Shown here in pieces: positions 57,250-64,000 of a stretch of DNA of 64,000 nucleotides (position 1 is the stretch's first letter; each line of letters starts with the position of its first letter). The position numbers were made by a program, and so were the translations under genes. Location: NCBI GenBank assembly GCA_052139855.1, contig JBKQVS010000155.1, positions 2,183 through 66,182 of the forward strand, written 5' to 3'. Source of the DNA: Desulfobaccales bacterium. Its GTDB lineage: Bacteria; Desulfobacterota; Desulfobaccia; Desulfobaccales; 0-14-0-80-60-11. The notes beneath the pieces were generated by a model. The model did no database searches. It was not told the origin of the DNA and saw nothing but the letters and a program-made list of their open reading frames with translations.

Positions 57250-58140
57250 CTAGGTCTGCCATATCTGTGGTTCTAATCGAAGCGAGGCCGAGTCCGCGGC
57301 CATGACAGCCCAGCCGCAGCCCCGGGGGCCCAGCCCGGGGCGCATTACCCCCGGCGTCCCCTGCACCGCCAGGGGCCGTGGCCAGGCGGTGGCCGGCAGG
57401 CCGAAGTGGGTGATGGGCTTCTCAGCATAACCGGCCCCTATCCCCTGCTCCCTAACCCCTGTCTCCAAGCCATGCACGTGGCCGTGGACGCACAACACCT
57501 GATGAAACCGCGCCAGGAGCGGGGCCACCGCCGCTGCGTCACCGGTCCACTGCTGCCAGGGGTGGAAGATCCGCCGGAGGGGGGCGTGGGATAAGATGAT
57601 CAGGGGCGTTGCCGGGGAAAGGGCGGCGAGCTCCCGAGCCAGCCACTGGCGCTGCTCCGCCCCGATCTCAAAGACCGGTCCGCCGGCACTAAACCTGAGC
57701 GCCGTGTCTAATCCCAGGAGATGAAAACCCTGAAACGCCCGGGAGAACCGGGGCTCCCCCCAACATCGGACCCAGGCGGCTTTTCCTCCCGGACCGTGAT
57801 CCCCTTCGCCTCTTACCGCCCAGCAGGGCCCGGGCAGGTCCCCAAGGATTTCTTTCCCCAGGTCCAGGGCGCAGGTCCCGCCCCGGTGGGCCAGGTCGCC
57901 GGCAAAGAGCACCAACGAAGGCGGCGGCGAGAGCTGGCGTATTTCCGCCACCGCCCGGGCCAGGGCTATCGCCTCGGGCCGCCGGTCATTTCCGTCTTTA
58001 AGATGGGCGTCGCCCAACAGCGCCAACCGCAGCTCCGGTCCCGCGCCCCAGGCGCTAAACGGCCAGGACAGCCGGCCCATGGCCCAGCCCGCGGCCAGGC
58101 CCAGCCCCACCCGCTTGACAAATTCCCGTCGTTCCATCAT
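57250..58140 (-). CDS. Tat-exported calcineurin-like metallophosphoesterase
   Basis: Twin-arginine signal MMERREFVKRVGLGLAAG. Motifs LGDAHL, AGDLAHRG and VHGHVHG are present. The start could be Met 58140 or 58137; the track ORF extends to 58176. Confidence 0.75.
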   Translation of the reverse strand: MMERREFVKRVGLGLAAGWAMGRLSWPFSAWGAGPELRLALLGDAHLKDGNDRRPEAIALARAVAEIRQLSPPPSLVLFAGDLAHRGGTCALDLGKEILGDLPGPCWAVRGEGDHGPGGKAAWVRCWGEPRFSRAFQGFHLLGLDTALRFSAGGPVFEIGAEQRQWLARELAALSPATPLIILSHAPLRRIFHPWQQWTGDAAAVAPLLARFHQVLCVHGHVHGLETGVREQGIGAGYAEKPITHFGLPATAWPRPLAVQGTPGVMRPGLGPRGCGWAVMAADSASLRLEPQIWQT

Positions 58141-58921
58141 GTGCCATTGTAGCATAATCGGGCTGGAAAAGGTCATCCGGGAAGCTACGGCTCACTTCAC
58201 CATCTTAAAATAGCGGGAGAATGGGCCGGCTGGCCCAACCCGGCAGGTTATCGCTGGTACGCCAGGCGCACCCTTTGGCAAAGCAAATCGAGGGGTAAAA
58301 CGAAGAGAAGCCGGGAATTCAGACGCCTCCACTCCACGAGGAGACTGCTCTGTTAATCCCCGGCTTCCCGGTACCACGGAACCTTTTTCAATCTTCCCCA
58401 AAGGAAGTCGCCGGACATCCGTCCGGAACGCCCCGTGGCGTCCTTCACCGCTTCAGCTTCCGAGCGGGCATCTACCGCCGCTTCCGGCAATCAGCGCCCC
58501 GCCCACCGTTTGAAAACTTCGGGTCTGCGGCCGGCTCGTGCTCAGGGCCAAAGCAGGTAGCCGTGAAGTCCAGGCCGGAGAGCGACCCTGCCCTCGTTCG
58601 GGGTGCGGCTGGCCGCCGCCTCCCCGGTCACCTTTTTGACCGGTGCTCAGACTCGACTGCCTGGCAAATCTATGTTAATCATCCTTTGCCGAAAAACAAG
58701 ATGGCAAGGAAATTTTTAGAAAATTTTTTGGCTCCCCCAGCCAGGCCGGCCAGCCTTTCTCAACCGGGCTAACTGGCTCAATTTATACCGGCTTTATCCC
58801 CCATTTCTGGTAAAAAGCCCCCGGTCTTTGCTTTAATCGCCAACCGGTCTTATATTTGAATCAGCCAGACTTTTGGTCGGCTAACCACCTGTTCCCGACC
58901 CAGGTGCCAGGGAGAACCATC

Positions 58922-59833
58922 ATGACAACCACCCGAAATATCCGTAAGGTCTTGAAGGCCAAACCTACCCTCGAAGGGGCCGGGGTGCATCTTAAGCGCG
59001 TCTTCGGCTTCAGCGAAGTGCCGGAATTTGACCCCTTCCTGCTCCTGGACGATTTTCGCAATGACCGGCCGGAGCACTATCTCAAGGGGTTCCCCTGGCA
59101 TCCGCACCGGGGCATCGAGACCATCACTTACGTGCTCAAAGGCGCCGTGGAGCACGGCGATAGCATGGGCAATAAGGGCATTATCACCTCCGGCGACGTC
59201 CAATGGATGACCGCGGGCAGTGGGGTCATCCACCAGGAGATGCCCCAGGGGGACCCCCGGGGAGTGATGGACGGCTTTCAGTTGTGGGCCAATCTGCCCA
59301 AATCCCACAAAATGATGCCTCCCCGCTACCGGGACGTGAAGAGCCGGACCATCCCGGAAGTAATCCTGGCCAACGGCGTGAAAATCAAGGTCATCTCCGG
59401 CCGGGTGGGAGAGGTAACCGGCCCGGTTACGGACATCGTCATTGACCCGGAATATCTCGACGTCACCGTCCCGCCCCACGCGGAATTCCTGCACCCCACC
59501 CGGCGGGGCCATACCGTGTTCGCCTATGTCATCGAAGGCAAGGGGTACTTCTGCCGGGAGAAAAACCCGTTTTCCTACGAGGTTGAAGGGATCAACTATT
59601 TCGATATGCAACGAGAGCCGTTCGTGGGGAACGCCACCCTCGTCCTTTTTGGCGACGGCGATCAGGTAATGGTCTCCACGGAAGTGGAGGCGGTGAGGTT
59701 CCTGTTTGTGTCGGGCGCGCCCATTGGCGAGCCGGTGGCCTGGTACGGCCCCATCGTGATGAACACGGAAGAGGAACTGCGGGTGGCCTTCCAAGAGTAT
59801 GAAAACGGTACGTTTATCAAGGCCAAAAGCTAA
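58922..59833 (+). CDS. Pirin family protein
   Basis: Start at MTTTRNIRK (ATG 58922). The cupin metal-site context FPWHPHRGIETITYVLKG is present, and the bicupin length fits. Confidence 0.9.
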   Translation: MTTTRNIRKVLKAKPTLEGAGVHLKRVFGFSEVPEFDPFLLLDDFRNDRPEHYLKGFPWHPHRGIETITYVLKGAVEHGDSMGNKGIITSGDVQWMTAGSGVIHQEMPQGDPRGVMDGFQLWANLPKSHKMMPPRYRDVKSRTIPEVILANGVKIKVISGRVGEVTGPVTDIVIDPEYLDVTVPPHAEFLHPTRRGHTVFAYVIEGKGYFCREKNPFSYEVEGINYFDMQREPFVGNATLVLFGDGDQVMVSTEVEAVRFLFVSGAPIGEPVAWYGPIVMNTEEELRVAFQEYENGTFIKAKS

Positions 59834-59955
59834 GGGCGGACCCGCAGATCCGCCCCCCAAATAATCGAGTGTCAAGGAAACCTGGTTATGATGCCGTTTT
59901 CCCGGTCAAATCCACCCCGGTAAAGCTATATCTCCTTGACGCGCCTCATTTTTCT

Positions 59956-59976
59956 TTACCCAGAACCCAGAACCCG
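59956..59976 (+). repeat. Heptanucleotide tandem repeat (TTACCCA GAACCCA GAACCCG)
   Basis: Three heptads read directly, ending 2 nt from the hisB stop codon (which is on the minus strand). Confidence 0.6.
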
Positions 59977-59978
59977 CC

Positions 59979-60560
59979 TTAAAGCACCCCCTTGGTGGAC
60001 GGGACGCCTTCGGCCCGCGGTTCCGCCGCGGTGGCCTCGTCCAGGGCCCGGCCCGCGGCCTTAAACACCGCTTCCAATACGTGGTGGGTATTCTCGCCGT
60101 AGGGCACGGTGATATGGAGCGTCATGCCGCCATGCACGGTCACGGCCCGCCAGAACTCCTTAAGGAGCTGCGGGTCCAGCCCCGTGTTCCCGGGCGGCAG
60201 TTCCACCTCCAGGTGCAGGAAGGGGCGGTTGCTCAGGTCCACCGTCACCACCGCCAGGGCTTCGTCCATGGGCACCCGGGCCGAGCCGAACCGGCGCACC
60301 CCGGGCCGCAGGGCCAGCGCTTCCTTGAAGGCATGTCCCAGGCAGATGCCGATGTCTTCCACGGTGTGGTGCTGATCCACCTCCAGGTCGCCCACCGCCT
60401 TGAGGCTCAAATCAAAATACCCGTGGGCCGCAAACAGATGCAGCATGTGGTCTAAAAACGGGATGCCGGTGTCGATGGCGGCCCGGCCGCGGCCGTCCAG
60501 CTCCAGTTCCAGATTCACTTCCGTTTCCCGGGTCTGGCGGTGGATTTTGCTCATGGGCAT
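59979..60560 (-). CDS. hisB: Imidazoleglycerol-phosphate dehydratase
   Basis: RQTRETEV..., DQHHTVEDIGI and GENTHHVLEAVFKA motifs are present. The start is probably Met 60560, with an AAGGGGGG Shine-Dalgarno. Confidence 0.9.
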   Translation of the reverse strand: MPMSKIHRQTRETEVNLELELDGRGRAAIDTGIPFLDHMLHLFAAHGYFDLSLKAVGDLEVDQHHTVEDIGICLGHAFKEALALRPGVRRFGSARVPMDEALAVVTVDLSNRPFLHLEVELPPGNTGLDPQLLKEFWRAVTVHGGMTLHITVPYGENTHHVLEAVFKAAGRALDEATAAEPRAEGVPSTKGVL

Positions 60561-60724
60561 GGCTGCTGCCCCCCTTAACCCCAAGATGCCATCCAACCGA
60601 TGGTTTTATGCCAGGGGCGTATTCTATCACACCCCTTAGGTGCCGTGCACTGCACCCTCACACCGAGGTCCACAAATCTTATCAAGAGTTATAAAATATG
60701 AGGCGTAAGTGATGCACCAACCTC

Positions 60725-61009
60725 TTATTTTCTCGGTAAAGGCTGCGACTGCGGTTCCCAACGCGAAGCCGCGTCATTATAAACCATGGGCTGCCCATTG
60801 ATGACGCAGGTCCATTTGTCGCCCACCTTTTTCACCTGTCTTGCTTCCGCGGGCGCCAACGGGGACAACTCGTCCGGCGTGCCCACGGCGCTGCGCATAT
60901 ATGGGGTCATCGGGACTTGCTCGATCTGGGGTGCGGCCAATCCACTTCCCAAGCCGACCCACAGTGCCACGATCATCGCAAGAAAGGCGAGATGTATCTT
61001 AACGTGCAT
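60725..61009 (-). CDS. Small secreted hypothetical protein (paralogue A)
   Basis: 94 aa with a signal peptide. The C-terminal part DELSPLAPAEARQVKKVGDKWTCVINGQPMVYNDAASRWEP is paralogous to 61158..61430. Confidence 0.5.
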   Translation of the reverse strand: MHVKIHLAFLAMIVALWVGLGSGLAAPQIEQVPMTPYMRSAVGTPDELSPLAPAEARQVKKVGDKWTCVINGQPMVYNDAASRWEPQSQPLPRK

Positions 61010-61157
61010 CGATTAATCCTCCTGCCCCGGAAAACTCTTTGAAATTCATAGAATTTTCAAAAGATAGGGTAAGCCGCTCCCCCCTTCACCAATGCCTGCT
61101 CGAGCCCGGCCCTAAAGCCCGGCGCCGGAGCATCGCCTCCCTTTATCCGCCCTGTGG

Positions 61158-61430
61158 TTACTTCCGCCCGGGTTGCCAACAAGAGGCGGCGTCATCATAA
61201 ATCATCAGTCGGCCATTCTGTTCACAGGTCCACTGATTGCCCACTCTTTTGACGTTGGTCGCTCCCACCGGCGCTTGGGGGGACAACTCATCTGCGGTCC
61301 CCTTGGTGCGCTGGCTCGTGGCTTCCACATCCGGATTCTTGTAGCCCTGAGACGAGGCACAACCGCTGCCCAAGATGAGCAACAGCGACGCGGCCACCGC
61401 CATCCCCACCAGACGAATCTTACGGTGCAT
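61158..61430 (-). CDS. Small secreted (lipobox-like SGC) hypothetical protein (paralogue B)
   Basis: 90 aa with a signal peptide. It contains DELSPQAPVGATNVKRVGNQWTCEQNGRLMIYDDAASCWQP. Confidence 0.5.
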   Translation of the reverse strand: MHRKIRLVGMAVAASLLLILGSGCASSQGYKNPDVEATSQRTKGTADELSPQAPVGATNVKRVGNQWTCEQNGRLMIYDDAASCWQPGRK

Positions 61431-61662
61431 CCTTACACCTCCTGCCCTGAAGAAGCCGGTAAGATTCCCCAGGATTTGATTGAGATCACGGAGTTATCAT
61501 AAATCTTTTCGCCTACCTTGACAAATGTTTCTGGTAATATAGAAGGTAAGAATCTTAGGGCTCCACTTCCGGCCGGCCAGGCGAAACCGCAATTTCCCCG
61601 GAAAACCCATACCCGCCAGTCAGACGGGAAGAACGAGCCGCGGCAAGGAGCGTTTACCAACC

Positions 61663-62418
61663 GTGACTAATTCCCATTACTTGAAAATCACCCGGCAGTT
61701 ACGACCTTTCACCTGCGTCTGGACCCTCCTGCTCCTGGGGGCGGGGGCCATCCTCTGGGGCAGCCTGCCCATCCCCGCGGCTGGGGCCGCGCCCCACGCC
61801 GTCGTCCGGGAAACCGCCTTCGATTTCGGCACAATTTTCGAAGACCGGGCCCTGACCCACACCTTCGTGATCCAAAACACCGGCACCGCGCCCTTACATA
61901 TCGAGGATGTGGACCCCGATTGTGCCTGCACCGTGCCCAGCTTTGATAAGACCATCCCTCCCGGCGGTCAGGGGAACATCACTCTGACCATCAAACCTTT
62001 TTCGGTAATCCACCAGTTCAAGAAGGAAACCAAGGTCAGGCTCAATGACCCGGACCAGCCCATGCTGCACCTAACTCTGACGGGAATGGCCCAACCCTTC
62101 ATCGAGATCCAGCCCAGCCATATCGTGCGGTTGCGAGGCGCCCCCGGCAGCAATATCCAGGGCCAGGTGCGGTTCATCTCCCATCTGCCCGGGCCCTTTC
62201 AGATTACCCATTTCCGCACCACCATCCCGGACAAGATCGACGTGAGCCTCAAGGCGGAAGTGCCGGACAAGGTCTATGTCCTGGAGGTGCGCGACAAGAG
62301 CCAGCAGTCGGGCGCCTATGCCGGCCTGATCGAGCTCTTCACCACCTCCAAGGAGCGCCCCCGCCTCATCGTCAGGGTCTTTGGAGAAATTTATTTGCCT
62401 TCGGCGGGCGGCCAGTAA
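61663..62418 (+). CDS. DUF1573 domain-containing secreted protein
   Basis: 251 aa with GTG start. FDFGTIFEDRALTHTFVIQNTGTAPLHIEDVDPDCACTV is the DUF1573 (PapD-like) signature. Confidence 0.7.
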   Translation: MTNSHYLKITRQLRPFTCVWTLLLLGAGAILWGSLPIPAAGAAPHAVVRETAFDFGTIFEDRALTHTFVIQNTGTAPLHIEDVDPDCACTVPSFDKTIPPGGQGNITLTIKPFSVIHQFKKETKVRLNDPDQPMLHLTLTGMAQPFIEIQPSHIVRLRGAPGSNIQGQVRFISHLPGPFQITHFRTTIPDKIDVSLKAEVPDKVYVLEVRDKSQQSGAYAGLIELFTTSKERPRLIVRVFGEIYLPSAGGQ

Positions 62419-62969
62419 AGCAGCATCTCATTGAGCAGGTGGATCGCAAAAGTCCGGGCCGCCAAGCGCAGCAGCAGTTCGGTTTCCTTGGGGGCCGGCG
62501 GGCCGGGATTGACCGGTGAACTCAGGCTGATCCGGTCCTGGCAGGCGAACCAGGTGTCGCTCCCTTTCGTGATGGCCGCGGACACGATCAGGTCGGCCCC
62601 GATCTTGCCGCTCAGAAACCGCCAGGCCCCGCCCCGCACCGCCACAAATTGCACCGTGCCGGTGACCGCGGTGTCTCCCTGGTCAGAGAGCTTGAGGCCG
62701 TTGGCCCGCCAGGCCAGGGTCAATTCTTCCATAAAGAAGCCCTTGAAGGTGTCGGCGGCAACGCCCTGGGCCGTTTCCACCTCGAAGGGCGTAAGGACAT
62801 ACGCCGCCTGGGCCGGGGTAAATTCCGGGGCTCGATAATACAACGTCAGATAGCGGCCGGGCTGCATCGTCACCCCCGCCGGGGTGGCCGGGGCCAGCCG
62901 CGGCGCGCAGCCCCAAAGGCAAAGCAGACCCAGGGCCGCAGCCAGGCCCCAGGAGGTGCGTTTTCTCAT
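62391..62969 (-). CDS. Hypothetical lipoprotein
   Basis: Start at MRKRTSWGLAAALGLLCLWGCA (lipobox LWGC). Its 3' end overlaps the convergent DUF1573 gene by 28 nt. Confidence 0.5.
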   Translation of the reverse strand: MRKRTSWGLAAALGLLCLWGCAPRLAPATPAGVTMQPGRYLTLYYRAPEFTPAQAAYVLTPFEVETAQGVAADTFKGFFMEELTLAWRANGLKLSDQGDTAVTGTVQFVAVRGGAWRFLSGKIGADLIVSAAITKGSDTWFACQDRISLSSPVNPGPPAPKETELLLRLAARTFAIHLLNEMLLYWPPAEGK

Positions 62970-63250
62970 CCCCATGGTCATCTGATTACCATAAACCATC
63001 GTCCTCTGACAAACCATTTAACCTTACCCCGCCAGAAAAAGAGGACCGTCCGGGTCGGATCAGCAGCCTCAGGTGAAAAACCGCCTCCCGGGTTTGACAA
63101 CCGGATATAGATGTCCTACATTTTCTCCTGCAGGCGGCGGCCTCGCTTACCTGAACCGCGTCCCGGCGCGCCCCGGAGTCGGAGATGACCCAGCCGTGCT
63201 TTTCAAACCCTTAGCCGTCGCAGGCCAGAACTTGCAGCCCAACCGCACCC

Positions 63251-64000
63251 ATGGTAACCTTTCGTAAAATCGCCCAGTGGGCCGCCTGCCTGCTGGCGCT
63301 GTTAATCTTCGGCAGCCTGGGCTTCATGTGGCTGGAAGGCTGGAATTTCTTCGACGCCCTCTACATGACGGTGACCACCCTCGCCACCGTGGGCTACGGC
63401 GAGATCCATCCCCTGGACCACATCGGGCGCATCTACAACATGGTGCTCATCCTCACCGGCATGGGGGTCTTGTTCTACATCGTGAGCTCCCTGGCCCGGG
63501 TGGTGATCGAAGGGGAGCTCCAGGCGGTCTTGGGAAGGCGAAAATTGATCAAACACATCAGAAGGCTAAAAAATCACTACATCATATGCGGCTTCGGGCG
63601 CATCGGCGAAATTATCGCCCGGCACCTCACTGCCCGGGGCCTGGCCCTGGTGGTCATCGATAAAACCGCGGACCACATCCCCCGCCTGGAGGAACTGGGT
63701 TATTACTTCCTCACGGGTGACGCCACCCGGGACGAGGTCCTCCTGGAGGCCGGCATCGAGCGGGCCAAGGGGCTGGTGGCGGTGGTGGGCTCCGATGCCG
63801 ACAACGTCTATATCGTCCTGACCGCCCGCAGCCTTAACCCGAAGCTCTTCATCGTGGCCCGGGGCGAAGAGCCGGGTTCGGAACAGAAGCTCCTGCGGGC
63901 CGGGGCCGACAAGGTGGAGTCGCCCTATCGCATGGGCGGGCAGAAAATGGCCCATACCATCCTCCATCCCACCGTGGTGACCTTCATGGAACTGGCCATG
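63251..64000 (+). CDS. Potassium channel protein with RCK/TrkA-N domain (MthK/Kch-like); 3' end outside the window
   Basis: The frame from ATG 63251 is open to the window end and is not in the ORF track. The translation reads MVTFRKIAQW...ALYMTVTTLATVGYGEI (selectivity filter TVGYG), then HYIICGFGRIGEII (Rossmann GxGxxG of RCK). Confidence 0.85.
   Translation, partial: MVTFRKIAQWAACLLALLIFGSLGFMWLEGWNFFDALYMTVTTLATVGYGEIHPLDHIGRIYNMVLILTGMGVLFYIVSSLARVVIEGELQAVLGRRKLIKHIRRLKNHYIICGFGRIGEIIARHLTARGLALVVIDKTADHIPRLEELGYYFLTGDATRDEVLLEAGIERAKGLVAVVGSDADNVYIVLTARSLNPKLFIVARGEEPGSEQKLLRAGADKVESPYRMGGQKMAHTILHPTVVTFMELAM

Noticed and set aside
58190-58660. Possible RNase P RNA. Plus-strand strings resemble CR-V (AACCCGGCAGGUUAUCG, about 58236) and CR-I (GUGAAGUCCAGGCC, about 58563), and a minus-strand GGGCAGGGU is present.
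   Set aside because: The two elements are in the wrong 5'-to-3' order on the plus strand. The universally conserved GGAAAGUCCGGGC is absent on both strands. The putative P4 strands do not pair with each other. I treat the resemblance as GC-rich coincidence. The region is reported only as an unassigned structured-RNA candidate.
63277-63663. Track ORF of 128 aa (MGRLPAGAVNLRQPG...).
   Set aside because: It is out of frame with the real gene. The frame from ATG 63251 encodes a K+ channel with a TVGYG filter and an RCK GxGxxG motif, and it stays open to the window end.

Overview
High-GC (about 60% or more by eye) chromosomal segment, mostly housekeeping genes. The content points to an anaerobic Desulfobacterota-like (sulfate-reducer or syntroph type) bacterium. 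The evidence for that is alternative (siroheme-dependent) heme biosynthesis genes (two NirJ/AhbC/AhbD-type radical SAM enzymes and an AhbA/B-type decarboxylase), Zn-type hemB, and an in-frame-UGA selenoprotein; this lineage call is inference only. Recognisable genes: mgtA, an alpha-2-macroglobulin/pbpC pair, hemB, carA, carB, purF, hisB, hflX, waaA, a ChlI/ChlD-type chelatase ATPase, a 5'-nucleotidase, pirin, a ClpX-like AAA+ protein, and an MrfA-like helicase fused to an RNase-H-fold exonuclease. The points most worth a second look are: (1) a thioredoxin-fold gene that the ORF track splits at an in-frame TGA; the TGA aligns exactly with the first Cys of the CPHC motif of the adjacent paralogue, and a hairpin follows it, so this is a likely selenoprotein. 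(2) Two sharply AT-rich single-gene islets wedged between housekeeping genes. One carries a DUF262/DUF1524 (GmrSD-like) gene broken by a single TAA. The other carries an orphan two-domain protein with a nucleoside-2-deoxyribosyltransferase/TIR-like C-terminal module; its insertion seems to have clipped the 5' end of hflX, and it is my best candidate for an undescribed stand-alone conflict gene. (3) A RAYT-type Y1 transposase embedded in REP hairpins. (4) A family of heptanucleotide tandem repeats (RAACCCR)n sitting on translation starts. (5) A roughly 650-bp GC-rich, ORF-free, hairpin-dense intergenic region. No rRNA, tRNA or CRISPR array was seen. All homology statements come from motif recognition by eye; no database search was run.
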